Shown: piece by piece, positions 35,942 to 44,913 of the stretch
Position numbering within the stretch: the first letter of the stretch is position 1
Layout of the letters: every line of letters starts with the position of its first letter
DNA from: a virus
Reading direction: 5' to 3' (one strand)
DNA length: 55,171 bases
IMG/VR virus record: IMGVR_UViG_3300012971_000890
The notes under the pieces: model-generated
Seen by the model: the letters and a program-made list of their open reading frames with translations, nothing else
What the model was told of the DNA's origin: nothing
Database searches by the model: none
Translations under genes and position numbers: made by a program

Positions 35942-36596
35942 CATTCTCCTTCTGTTGGCCGTTGAGTTCAAACACCGTTGGGGCGTGGACGAGGCGATAT
36001 TTCCCGTCCACCACCGTGACGTTGGCCACGATGGTGCCGTCCATTTCCCACTGACCGCGCCCTTCATGGATGTGGCCAAAAACCATCAGCTTGGGTTTTA
36101 TTTCCTTGAGCCTGGCGAGCAGGCCGGGCGATCCCACCTTCTCACTGTCCCGCCCCCGTGGGGCCTCGTCGCCATAGCCGCGAGGCGGGCTGTGGGCGAC
36201 GAGGATATTGATGTCGTTGGGTATCAGCGCCCACTTCTTGACCAGATCGGGTTCGTAGAGATTGAACGCCCAATCAAAGAAATAAAGCTGCCAGGGCGTG
36301 CCCCAAATTTTGAAGCCTTCAAATTCCGTGCCACTGTCCTGAAGGTAAGTCCAGGGAAGGTCCGGCACCCGATGCGGCGCATTTTGAAATATCAGATCGT
36401 GGTTGCCCGCGACCCCAATTATCTTGCGGGCGGGAACCAACTTCAGCCAATAACGGAAATCCGTGTTGAGCCAATGCTCCTGGTACTCCACCCGATGGTT
36501 GATGGTGGGACAAATATCCCCCGCGATCAACAGGAGATCGCAAGGCGGGATGTCGGGCAAATACCCATGCAAATCACTGACGGCGACGACCTTCAC
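35934..36596 (-). CDS. calcineurin-like metallophosphoesterase
   Basis: DLHG, GDIC, GNHD and GHIHEG motifs in order. Confidence 0.8.
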   Translation of the reverse strand: MKVVAVSDLHGYLPDIPPCDLLLIAGDICPTINHRVEYQEHWLNTDFRYWLKLVPARKIIGVAGNHDLIFQNAPHRVPDLPWTYLQDSGTEFEGFKIWGTPWQLYFFDWAFNLYEPDLVKKWALIPNDINILVAHSPPRGYGDEAPRGRDSEKVGSPGLLARLKEIKPKLMVFGHIHEGRGQWEMDGTIVANVTVVDGKYRLVHAPTVFELNGQQKENDG

Positions 36597-37033
36597 TTCT
36601 CACTCCCTCGCAGCTTCAAGATGCTCCCCTCAAAGAACCGGATGATCTCGGCCTCCATCAAATCACGCCAGTAGTCATTGTCCCAATCAATGTCCTTCCA
36701 GACGCGCGGCTCATATTGGTATTCTAGGACGCCGTAATGCCAACCCTCCACATCAAAGTGGAAGACGGTCAGCACGTCGTTATGTTCGAGGCCCTGCTCC
36801 TCCTTGTTGGTAACATAGCGGTCCAGCCCGAAAACGATCTCCTTGGCACCCTTACAGAGCAGGCAGTTCAGTGCAAACTTGATAACGTCGTCGGGGCTGA
36901 TGTCCAGCATCCCGACGTACACCATCTCCCCGCACTCGGTCTGCCAGACGCACTGGTTCGGATATACGCCCTTCTCCTGCAACGCCCGCTCGCACTGCTC
37001 GGTAAAGATGTCAAGGAGATTTTCGTCGCTCAT
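36593..37033 (-). CDS. hypothetical protein
   Basis: 146 aa. Confidence 0.45.
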   Translation of the reverse strand: MSDENLLDIFTEQCERALQEKGVYPNQCVWQTECGEMVYVGMLDISPDDVIKFALNCLLCKGAKEIVFGLDRYVTNKEEQGLEHNDVLTVFHFDVEGWHYGVLEYQYEPRVWKDIDWDNDYWRDLMEAEIIRFFEGSILKLRGSEK

Positions 37034-38136
37034 CTGCGCCCCCTACGACCGCCGCCACACCTGAAGCCTCGCGGCCCGCCATAGTAGGCGGGCATGGAGT
37101 AGTAATACCCAGACGACGGTGGGTAGTAATACGGCGCGGGATAGAAGGCCGGCGAGTACACGGGGGGCGACGAATAGACCGGCGGGGGACTCACGTTCCG
37201 CGTGTCGGGCTGGATGGAAATGACATAAGTGCCGCCGGGGGTACATTCGGTGAGAATAACCTCCGACGAACCCACTACCTGACTCCGCACCGTACCGGCG
37301 GGGACTTCCACCCGCACCGTTTTGCCCGCCTTCACCGGGTACTTCCTGCCGTTGACCACGATGGTCGTGTCATGTTCGATCTTGCTATTCAGGACCAGAG
37401 TGCCGGTTTTCTTGGCCGGGGCGGGTTCGGGCTTGGGTTCCGGCTCCGGCTTGGGTTCTTCGGGTTCCACCGGCTTCTCATTCGGCCTGGGAGTTTTATC
37501 CTCGGTCGAGCGGACCACGATTCGGTAGTTCTCCCCAGCCTTGATAGTCCGGGTAATCTTGTTCGTGATCCCCTCAATCTGGTAGGTAAACTGCCCTGGA
37601 TCAACCTTGAAAGACTTTGTTTCCTGGGCGGGAACCTTGTGCTTCTGGTCATTCAACAACAGGGTCACGTCGTTGGTCCAGGTGTTTTTTACTTCCACCA
37701 CGGTGTCCTTCGCGGCTGGGGCGGGGCCTGGGGCTTGCTCCTTTCCCTGCGCCACGAATACTTCATTGCCAACCTCGCAGCTTTCCTCAACCTGGGTCTT
37801 GCCTTCGCGGCCCGCGAAGGTGTGGTATTCGCGCACGGCGGGCGGACGGGAAACCTTTTGCTTGGCGGATTCCGTGCCCTCGGCGGTCACCGGGTTCGTC
37901 AGAGCTTCTTCGATCCCGTCCACCCGGCGTTTCAGGCTGTCCAGGTCAGTGCGCACGGCCTTGTAGTCGCTGCGCATCTCCTCCAGAATCTTGATGATCT
38001 GGTCGATTTTCTCATCCTTGGTTTCCCCCTTGGGCCGGGACTGCGCTGAGGCGGGCGCAGTCACCGGCATCGTTGGGAGGAATACGAGCGGGAGGGCGAG
38101 TCCCGCGAAGGCGACCAGTCCCATATAGCGTGCCAT
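37030..38136 (-). CDS. secreted repeat protein (signal peptide, two internal beta-rich repeats, Pro-rich linker, Tyr-rich C-terminus)
   Basis: MARYMGLVAFAGLALPLVFLPTMPVTAPASA signal peptide; PEPKPEPEPKPEP linker; YY-rich tail. Confidence 0.5.
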   Translation of the reverse strand: MARYMGLVAFAGLALPLVFLPTMPVTAPASAQSRPKGETKDEKIDQIIKILEEMRSDYKAVRTDLDSLKRRVDGIEEALTNPVTAEGTESAKQKVSRPPAVREYHTFAGREGKTQVEESCEVGNEVFVAQGKEQAPGPAPAAKDTVVEVKNTWTNDVTLLLNDQKHKVPAQETKSFKVDPGQFTYQIEGITNKITRTIKAGENYRIVVRSTEDKTPRPNEKPVEPEEPKPEPEPKPEPAPAKKTGTLVLNSKIEHDTTIVVNGRKYPVKAGKTVRVEVPAGTVRSQVVGSSEVILTECTPGGTYVISIQPDTRNVSPPPVYSSPPVYSPAFYPAPYYYPPSSGYYYSMPAYYGGPRGFRCGGGRRGRR

Positions 38137-38147
38137 CGTTACTCCTT

Positions 38148-39440
38148 TTAGGCGGCTTTTACGGGGTACAACTTGGCCTCACCCCGGACCACTTCCGGCG
38201 TGACGACGTACTTGCCTCCCTGGTGTTCCGGCAGTTCGTACATGATGTCGAGCATGATCTCCTCGACCACGCCCCGCAACGCACGGGCACCCGTGTCGCG
38301 CTCGATGGCCCGCTTGGCGACTTCCTTGATGGCATCCGGCGTAAATTCCAGGGTCGCGCCGTCCATCTTGAAAATCTTCATGTACTGCTTGAGTAGGGCG
38401 TCCTTCGGCTCGGTCAGAATCTTGCAGAGGAATTCCTCGTTCAACTCGCTGAGGGTGGTTACGACCGGCAGCCGGCCCACGAACTCCGGGATCATCCCGA
38501 ACTCAATCAGATCGTCGCTGGTCACCTTGCCCATGATGGCGTCGTTCTGCTCTTGCTCAGTGCCCTCGTCACGCGATACGCCGAAGCCGATGCTGCGTCG
38601 GCCCGTCCGGCGAGCGATGATCTCCTTCAGGCCGGTGAAGGTTCCCCCGCAGATGAACAGGATGTTCGTCGTGTCCACCTGGATGTATTGCTGCTCCGGG
38701 TGCTTGCGCCCGCCCTGGGGCGGGACGTTGGCGAGCGTGCCCTCAAGCATCTTCAGGAGAGCCTGTTGCACGCCTTCGCCGGAAACGTCGCGGGTGATGG
38801 AAATATTCTGCGTGGTCTTCCCGATCTTGTCGATCTCGTCAATGTAAATGATGCCGCACTGCGCGGCCTCGATGTTAAAGTCCGCCGAGCGGAGAAGACG
38901 CAGGATCAGGTTTTCCACGTCCTCTCCGACGTAACCGGCCTCGGTTAGCGTGGTGGCGTCCCCAATGGCAAAGGGGACATCCAGTTTCTTGGCCAGGGTG
39001 CGGGCCAGAAGGGTCTTGCCCGACCCGGTGGGACCGACCAGCAGAATGTTGCTCTTGTCGATCACCACGTCCGCCAACGGGTCTTCCTCCTCCTTGTTCT
39101 GGTTGGTGGTGTCCTTCAGACGCTTGTAATGGTTGGCGACGGCGACGGCCAGAATCTTCTTCGCCCGTTCCTGGCCCACAACGTACTGGTCCATGTGGGC
39201 GACCAGTTCCTTGGGCGAAGGGATGTGCTGGGGCAGGTGCTTGTCGATGAGTTCGCGTTTCAGGTTTTGCTTCTTGATGATCTCCTGGCAAATCTCCACG
39301 CAGGTGGGGCAAATGAAGACCTTATCCTCGTCCGGCTTTCTGCCGTTGGCGAGGGCACCTGGCCCCTCAATCAACGGTCCCACAACCTTGTGAGACTGCT
39401 TGCAGAAGTCACAGTGCTGCTCACGCTTTTTCCTCGTCAT
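38148..39440 (-). CDS. clpX: ATP-dependent Clp protease ATP-binding subunit ClpX
   Basis: N-terminal C4 zinc-binding domain; [47 protein letters not shown] is near-identical to the ClpX consensus. Confidence 0.9.
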   Translation of the reverse strand: MTRKKREQHCDFCKQSHKVVGPLIEGPGALANGRKPDEDKVFICPTCVEICQEIIKKQNLKRELIDKHLPQHIPSPKELVAHMDQYVVGQERAKKILAVAVANHYKRLKDTTNQNKEEEDPLADVVIDKSNILLVGPTGSGKTLLARTLAKKLDVPFAIGDATTLTEAGYVGEDVENLILRLLRSADFNIEAAQCGIIYIDEIDKIGKTTQNISITRDVSGEGVQQALLKMLEGTLANVPPQGGRKHPEQQYIQVDTTNILFICGGTFTGLKEIIARRTGRRSIGFGVSRDEGTEQEQNDAIMGKVTSDDLIEFGMIPEFVGRLPVVTTLSELNEEFLCKILTEPKDALLKQYMKIFKMDGATLEFTPDAIKEVAKRAIERDTGARALRGVVEEIMLDIMYELPEHQGGKYVVTPEVVRGEAKLYPVKAA

Positions 39441-39479
39441 GCTGTCCTCGTTGGGTGTAAAGGATCGCGTTTCCAACCT

Positions 39480-39508
39480 AGTATACTTACCGAGGAGCCG
39501 ACTGTAAA
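39480..39508 (-). promoter_or_regulatory. phage promoter, CTTTACAGT-N17-TATACT
   Basis: Upstream of clpX. Confidence 0.6.
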
Positions 39509-39512
39509 GTGA

Positions 39513-40589
39513 CTACTCGCAAGAACTTGCTGCCTTTTCACGCGCCTCGCTAAGTGCCTGTTTGCAACGCGCCTTAAAGTCTTGATCCGTCATGGCCTCC
39601 ACGATTCGCTCGATCTCCTCGATGGGCTTGTTGGCCTCAACAGCATTCAACACCGCGTCGAGGTCATGGTTTTGCCTCCGCAGGCAGGCCAGTTCCAACC
39701 CGCCAATCTCCGTGGCCACCAGATGGGGGTCGGGGTACGCCCGGCCCAGCACCGCCAGAAGGGGTCCAAAGTCCGCCCCCGGCGTGTTTTTGCAAATTTC
39801 CAGCGTCCGCAGCAGGTTGACGTGGAGGGACGCTTTCGTGGCGGGAACGGCGGCTTCCGCCTCCGCATACCTCCCCAAGCTCGCCAACACAAAGACCTTG
39901 CGCAACCTGCGGAATTCGGCATGATTCTCGACCCGGTTGATCTCAGACTGTGCCAGCAACGCCACCAGGGGCATGATGAGGGCCATCATCCACAGCCCCG
40001 TGGCCAAAGCATACAGGAACAGGAGCAGGCAGGTCACCTGGCCGACCCGCACGGCCCACCAATTGGCCTTCTGGTAGTCCATGAACCGGCCCAAGATGGA
40101 GCGAAAGATGCGGCCTCCGTCCATCGGATAAGCCGGTGCCAAATTGAAAACGAACAGCATGACGTTGATGTAGGCAAACCAGAACGCCACCTGAGCCGCA
40201 ACCATCCAATTCAGTTCGACAAATACCAGCACCAAGCCGCTACACAGTACCGCCAGGACAACATTCACCATCGGCCCCATAACGGTGACGATAAACTCCT
40301 TGCGCGGGTCGTCCGGGCCAATCTCGATGGCGGCAACCCCGCCGATAGGATAAAGGACCACCCGATCCACCTGGATGCCCTGGCTCTTGGCGGCGAGGAT
40401 GTGTCCGTATTCGTGCATTACCACGAACAGGAACACAGCCAGGAACAGCGCGGTGGCCAAGGGGTTAAGGAACAGCATCATCACCATCATCATGACCCAC
40501 GACCAGTGGGCATAAAGGGGCACCCCAAAGTAAGTACCCAGGTGCGGGTTAACTATTTTCTGCAAAAGCTCCGTGCTGTTCATATTCAT
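39513..40589 (-). CDS. site-2 protease family (M50) membrane metalloprotease
   Basis: HEYGH and NLAPAYPMDGGR motifs; several TM segments. Confidence 0.75.
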   Translation of the reverse strand: MNMNSTELLQKIVNPHLGTYFGVPLYAHWSWVMMMVMMLFLNPLATALFLAVFLFVVMHEYGHILAAKSQGIQVDRVVLYPIGGVAAIEIGPDDPRKEFIVTVMGPMVNVVLAVLCSGLVLVFVELNWMVAAQVAFWFAYINVMLFVFNLAPAYPMDGGRIFRSILGRFMDYQKANWWAVRVGQVTCLLLFLYALATGLWMMALIMPLVALLAQSEINRVENHAEFRRLRKVFVLASLGRYAEAEAAVPATKASLHVNLLRTLEICKNTPGADFGPLLAVLGRAYPDPHLVATEIGGLELACLRRQNHDLDAVLNAVEANKPIEEIERIVEAMTDQDFKARCKQALSEAREKAASSCE

Positions 40590-40635
40590 CCTTGGGGTGG
40601 GGGCTACATAAATATTATAGGGAAAAGGAGCCAAT

Positions 40636-41211
40636 TTGAGACTCGACCATATAGCATACCGCGTCCGCGACCGCCACACCACCGCGAAATTCTTTCGGGA
40701 AGCATTCGGCTACAAAGTCCAGACCGAATTTGACATCGACTTCGGCGGCGGCAAGTGTGCCAAGTGCCTCGCCCTGGAGCCGCCGGAGCGTCAAAATGCC
40801 CCCCGACATCTTATCCCCTGGGTGGCCGGGGAAGCAATATACATTCCGTGCCCGGACGGCGGGATGCAGAATGTGGTGCAGGATTACCACCTGGCCCCGG
40901 AGATTTTCGTCTCCGATGGTTCGCCAGGAAGCATTGTGGGGGATTGGGTTGCGGCCCGTGGAGGGGTCGGTGGCATTCACCACCTGGCATATCAGGTCGA
41001 AGATGTGGCGGCAACAATGAAGGAGTGGCGGGACAGAGGCTACGCGGAATTTACATCAGAAGAACCCATGCGATGTCCCGGACTGACCCAGGTGTTTACC
41101 AAACCCTCCTCGCTAACGGGCGTGATTTACGAGTTCATCGAGCGCCAGGAATTCGGCTTCTGCAAAGACAACGTGCGCCAGTTGATGCTCTCGACCCAGG
41201 AGGAAAAATGA
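40636..41211 (+). CDS. VOC/glyoxalase-family protein (TTG start)
   Basis: MRLDHIAYRVRD...FFREAFGY glyoxalase-fold N-terminus; RBS AAGGAG. Confidence 0.6.
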   Translation: MRLDHIAYRVRDRHTTAKFFREAFGYKVQTEFDIDFGGGKCAKCLALEPPERQNAPRHLIPWVAGEAIYIPCPDGGMQNVVQDYHLAPEIFVSDGSPGSIVGDWVAARGGVGGIHHLAYQVEDVAATMKEWRDRGYAEFTSEEPMRCPGLTQVFTKPSSLTGVIYEFIERQEFGFCKDNVRQLMLSTQEEK

Positions 41212-41717
41212 AGATTTGTTCTAAGTGCGGGGCTACCCAAGAAATCGGTAACTTTGCCGTTCGGTCCAAGACTACCGGGCGTCGTCATTCTTGGTGCAAT
41301 GCCTGCCTTAAACAATATAAGGCCGACTACTATGCCAAGCACCAGGATAAATTCCGAGAATACAAAAAGGTGTGGTATCCGGCCAACCAAGACCAGCAGC
41401 GTGCGAAATGCCGCGAGCGGTACGACAAGTGCGACAAGGACCAGCACGCTCAGGTTGTATGGAAAAATAAAATCCTCCGAGAATTTGGTCTTACCGTAGA
41501 GGAATACAACCTTCGACTGACAGAACAAAAAGGGGTGTGCGCCATCTGTGGCAAAGCAGATAGTCAACGGCTCGCTGTTGACCACTGCCATAAAACAGGT
41601 ATGATCCGTGGACTCCTTTGCCGGCGATGCAACGTGGCCATTGGTATCTTCGAGGACGATCCAGAACTGTTGGAAAAAGCCCTTGCGTATCTCAAGTCGG
41701 CTTGTCTTCGGGCGTAA
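41208..41717 (+). CDS. recombination endonuclease VII (T4 Endo VII family)
   Basis: GVCAICGK ... LAVDHCHKTGMIRGLLCRRCNVAIG; ATGA overlap with the VOC gene. Confidence 0.7.
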   Translation: MKICSKCGATQEIGNFAVRSKTTGRRHSWCNACLKQYKADYYAKHQDKFREYKKVWYPANQDQQRAKCRERYDKCDKDQHAQVVWKNKILREFGLTVEEYNLRLTEQKGVCAICGKADSQRLAVDHCHKTGMIRGLLCRRCNVAIGIFEDDPELLEKALAYLKSACLRA

Positions 41718-41982
41718 TCTCGAACGCCAGCCCCGCGATGAAACCTTCAAGAAACTGCGGCGTGCTTTGCAGCCGAATCGCCACGTCAAACAACCAATCC
41801 CCGGTGCAGTCTTCCGCACCAATTAACACCGTTTCCAACAGATTGCACTCGCCCGGCTTCAGCAGCCGATAGTTTTGAGCGACTTCATCCCATGTCATGC
41901 CGGCATTCTTATGGTGCCGGTTGATCTTGTAGCCCATCTTAAAGGCCACGGCATATGAGTTAATAAGGGCCTGTCGATTCAT
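41692..41982 (-). CDS. hypothetical protein
   Basis: ATGA overlap with the upstream gene; convergent with Endo VII. Confidence 0.35.
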   Translation of the reverse strand: MNRQALINSYAVAFKMGYKINRHHKNAGMTWDEVAQNYRLLKPGECNLLETVLIGAEDCTGDWLFDVAIRLQSTPQFLEGFIAGLAFEITPEDKPT

Positions 41983-42857
41983 GCCGCACTTCCTTCCAGG
42001 CAACGGAGCCAGCGAGCGAACCCTGAAAGGGTCGCCGCCTCCCCGTAATCAAAGGGGTCGGGCAACCCGGCCTGCCGTGCCGCCAACCGCCAGTGGCCTC
42101 GTTTCCACGGGTACGTTTCGATTTCCTCTGGTGACATCTCGGAGGTATCCGGGTAGGTCAACTTCCCCTGCCCGAATCCGTACTTCTTCTTGAGCGCTTC
42201 CTTCTCGGCCCCGGTTGCCCTGTGGTATTGGGACAACATCCGAATGCGTTCCATGTCCTGGTCAGCCGGGGCCAATGCTTTTTTTGAGGCTTTAGCCTCG
42301 TTATACTTCTCCTTGAATTTCCACACCGGACCAAGCTCGCTGCCGACGTTGACGATGCGGGCGTCCTTGCCGACTTGCAACTCGTCAATCAGGTCGTTGA
42401 GCAAGTCCCAACCACCTTGGGGCGGGATGCTCCAGAGCATCAACGCCTCGATGCCCTTGATATATCCATGCCTCCCGATCAGGTTGTCCTTCATCGCAAG
42501 CTCGCGCACCTTCCAGTGGTCGTAAGACCGCTCGGTGCCCATCTCCCGGTAACCGCCGGTGTCCGGGTCGCGTTCGGAACTGTAGAGAGTGCGAGTGTAG
42601 CCGATCTCCGGCTCGATCTTGTCGAGATTGGGTCCGAAGAAACCCCGGAGAATATTGGGGTCGGTAATGTGTTGCTCGTGCCCGACGCCCGCCCCGAAGG
42701 CGTGCAGCCGCTTCCCTTGGTCGTCGGGATAGCGGGTGAAAAAGAACGCGGTTTGACCGCGACCGTAGCGGGCGTTCATCGAACTAGGTCGCAGTACGTC
42801 CGGCCCACGACCCAGGGCGATTGGGGGCAACAAGTTTTGCCCGTCGCTGAAGTCCAT
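41979..42857 (-). CDS. hypothetical protein, 292 aa
   Basis: Clean ORF followed by a terminator. Confidence 0.45.
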   Translation of the reverse strand: MDFSDGQNLLPPIALGRGPDVLRPSSMNARYGRGQTAFFFTRYPDDQGKRLHAFGAGVGHEQHITDPNILRGFFGPNLDKIEPEIGYTRTLYSSERDPDTGGYREMGTERSYDHWKVRELAMKDNLIGRHGYIKGIEALMLWSIPPQGGWDLLNDLIDELQVGKDARIVNVGSELGPVWKFKEKYNEAKASKKALAPADQDMERIRMLSQYHRATGAEKEALKKKYGFGQGKLTYPDTSEMSPEEIETYPWKRGHWRLAARQAGLPDPFDYGEAATLSGFARWLRCLEGSAA

Positions 42858-42880
42858 ACGCTATTTAGCCCTCCCTTCTT

Positions 42881-42918
42881 GCAAAATAAAAGCCCTGGGC
42901 TGGCAGGCCCCAGGGCTT
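42881..42918 (-). terminator. rho-independent terminator (minus strand)
   Basis: Stem AGCCCUGGG/CCCAGGGCU followed by UUUAUUUUG. Confidence 0.6.
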
Positions 42919-42922
42919 CCGG

Positions 42923-43369
42923 TCAACTGGTCAGGCCCCGCAGGAATTCGGCCAGGACGATGAGGTTGTCGTAGCCGCCGACCTCGGCGGCGACTTCCTT
43001 GACGCGCTTCGCTTTCAAAGTAAAACCATGCAGGTCCACCTTGGCCTGGTCCACCGGCCTGTTGGCGGGGTCCGGCTGAAGAAGCGCGGCTGCTTGATCG
43101 GGAGTGACGACGGACGTGGCAGGAGGGGCAACGGGCGGGGCTGGGACCGGGGTGTTGTGAGGCTGCGGCGGGCGTGAGTTACCTCGCCGGCGCTCGGCAG
43201 CCTCCTCCTCCCGGATTTTCTTCCGCTCCGCATAGACGAGCGACGAGTGGCAGGTCTGGCGGTAACGCCGCTCCATCTCGTCAATCACCTTCTGGGCATC
43301 TGTGTCCGCACCCAGGTCGGCCAAGATCGTTCGGACCATCTGGGTACGGGTCTGCGTCTGCACTGCCAT
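42923..43369 (-). CDS. hypothetical protein
   Basis: 148 aa, downstream of a TTTACA promoter copy. Confidence 0.45.
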   Translation of the reverse strand: MAVQTQTRTQMVRTILADLGADTDAQKVIDEMERRYRQTCHSSLVYAERKKIREEEAAERRRGNSRPPQPHNTPVPAPPVAPPATSVVTPDQAAALLQPDPANRPVDQAKVDLHGFTLKAKRVKEVAAEVGGYDNLIVLAEFLRGLTS

Positions 43370-43413
43370 CGAAGTGGTTCTCCTTTGGTGGGTACTGTCT
43401 CAATGCCAAGGAT

Positions 43414-43443
43414 ATAGTACGGCACCCGGTTGTGGGTTGTAAA
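43414..43443 (-). promoter_or_regulatory. phage promoter, CTTTACAAC-N18-TACTAT
   Basis: Upstream of the 42923..43369 gene. Confidence 0.6.
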
Positions 43444-43444
43444 G

Positions 43445-43479
43445 CCAAAAAAATTGCCCGGCCTGTTAGAACCGGGCAA
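43445..43479 (-). terminator. rho-independent terminator (minus strand)
   Basis: Stem UUGCCCGG/CCGGGCAA followed by UUUUUUU; lies between a promoter and the upstream gene stop. Confidence 0.6.
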
Positions 43480-43504
43480 TTTATCCGCCAGGCCAGAAGA
43501 AGGT

Positions 43505-44011
43505 TTAGGCGGCTTCTCCCTTGAAGTAGCGCATGGAGTCGTTGTCGCGGACCAGCACCTTCTTCTTCATCATGCGCCCCACCGCCTGCTGGACCATATT
43601 GTGGAAGTTCTTGCTGGTGGACTTGTAACCCGCCTTGAGGGCCTGGGTCACCATCTCGTCCAGGGCCAGGCCGTTCCTCGACTTCTCAACCAGTTCGAGG
43701 AGCAGTTCCTCCAGGGGCGGCTGCTTCCCCTCCACGCCCAACTCGGCCTTGGACGGACGCCCTCGGCCCCGCTTCTGCCCATTCGCCGCCGGCTTCCGGG
43801 CCTGCCGGGTCGCACGGGGGCCACTTTGCTTGGGCGGCTGCCGGCCCACGGTCACGGTCGGGGTGGGCTTGATGGCAGCGCCATCCTCACTTTTGAAGGA
43901 CCACCCAAGCTCCGCGAGCTTGGCGTCGATTTCCTTCAGTTCCTCCCTCAGTTCTTCTTCCTTCGCGGCCCTCTGCTGAAGTAGCTCGATGGCCTGCTTC
44001 GTGTCGGACAT
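43505..44011 (-). CDS. DNA-binding protein with AT-hook (KRGRGRPSK) and N-terminal coiled coil
   Basis: RGRP AT-hook motif; basic middle region. Confidence 0.45.
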   Translation of the reverse strand: MSDTKQAIELLQQRAAKEEELREELKEIDAKLAELGWSFKSEDGAAIKPTPTVTVGRQPPKQSGPRATRQARKPAANGQKRGRGRPSKAELGVEGKQPPLEELLLELVEKSRNGLALDEMVTQALKAGYKSTSKNFHNMVQQAVGRMMKKKVLVRDNDSMRYFKGEAA

Positions 44012-44097
44012 TGAGAAGTCTCCTGTCCCATTCTTATTTTCACACCGCCGGTTCAGGAGGGACTTCCCCGACGCACGGCGGTCCTGGCCTCTACTCT

Positions 44098-44125
44098 ACT
44101 ATACGGGCCATATTATGGCTGTAAA
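44098..44125 (-). promoter_or_regulatory. phage promoter, CTTTACAGC-N16-TATAGT
   Basis: Upstream of the 43505..44011 gene, divergent from csrA. Confidence 0.55.
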
Positions 44126-44207
44126 GCAGGAGAAAGCGATTTTCCAAAAATAGTCGGGGCTTACTCGCTTAAACCAGCACAGAAGGATTATCAGAAAGGA
44201 AACACTC

Positions 44208-44396
44208 ATGCTCGTGCTATCCAGAAAGAAGGACGAAACCATCATCCTGAAAGGCCCCGACATGCACGAAATCCGAATCACGGTGGTGCGGATCGACAAT
44301 CGCAATAAGGTCCGCCTGGGTATCGAAGCCAATAAGGATGTCACGGTCCTTCGTTCGGAACTTACCAACGGCACCGGCCACGAGGGCGAAGCCTAA
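44208..44396 (+). CDS. csrA: carbon storage regulator CsrA homolog
   Basis: MLVLSRKKDETIIL...VRLGIEANKDVTVLRSEL matches the CsrA fold sequence; RBS AAAGGAAAC. Confidence 0.75.
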   Translation: MLVLSRKKDETIILKGPDMHEIRITVVRIDNRNKVRLGIEANKDVTVLRSELTNGTGHEGEA

Positions 44397-44848
44397 CTGT
44401 ACTCCGGTACATGGAGGGCTTTATTTATCACGCCCACTACGCGGCGATATTCCTGGCTGTTGATGTCCCAAAAATAACGTGCGAAATAGCAGACCGCCTC
44501 CGGGGCGTAGTCCTGCCCCTTATCCCAGCCCGCCGCACGAACCTGCTCGGCCCAGCTTGCGATGTCCTCGTCAGTAACCTGCACCCCAGCATCCCAGGGA
44601 TGCCCCTTGGGCTTGCAAGGTGGCTTTCCTGCGGGGATGACCACCCGCGACCGCCCACTGGTGACCACACTCGGCTGGGGTTCGGGGGCCGGCGGCTCGG
44701 CGGGGGCACCGCCAATAACTCCAGCCGCCGTGGCCGGCGTATCGGCCAGCTTCACCGGCGGCGAGAACTGGTGGCCGCACTCGCATCGCTGCGTCCGCAA
44801 ACCCACCGACTTGTGGCACTTCGGGCATTCCTTCAAACCACGGGGCAT
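44393..44848 (-). CDS. zinc-ribbon hypothetical protein
   Basis: CPKCH ... CECGH near the N-terminus; downstream of a TTTACA promoter copy. Confidence 0.45.
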   Translation of the reverse strand: MPRGLKECPKCHKSVGLRTQRCECGHQFSPPVKLADTPATAAGVIGGAPAEPPAPEPQPSVVTSGRSRVVIPAGKPPCKPKGHPWDAGVQVTDEDIASWAEQVRAAGWDKGQDYAPEAVCYFARYFWDINSQEYRRVVGVINKALHVPEYS

Positions 44849-44870
44849 CGGTCGTCCTCCTCTCGCGCTT

Positions 44871-44899
44871 ATTCTATCGCCCACTTTTCCGGTTGTAAA
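44871..44899 (-). promoter_or_regulatory. phage promoter, CTTTACAAC-N17-TAGAAT
   Basis: Upstream of the 44393..44848 gene. Confidence 0.65.
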
Positions 44900-44913
44900 G
44901 CCGAAATATATGC

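Noticed and set aside
40755-41717. 320-aa plus-strand ORF spanning the VOC and Endo VII genes
   Set aside because: Its first 150 aa are an alternate (Gly/Arg/Pro-rich) frame of the VOC gene. The true Endo VII start is the ATG at 41208, which forms an ATGA overlap with the VOC stop.
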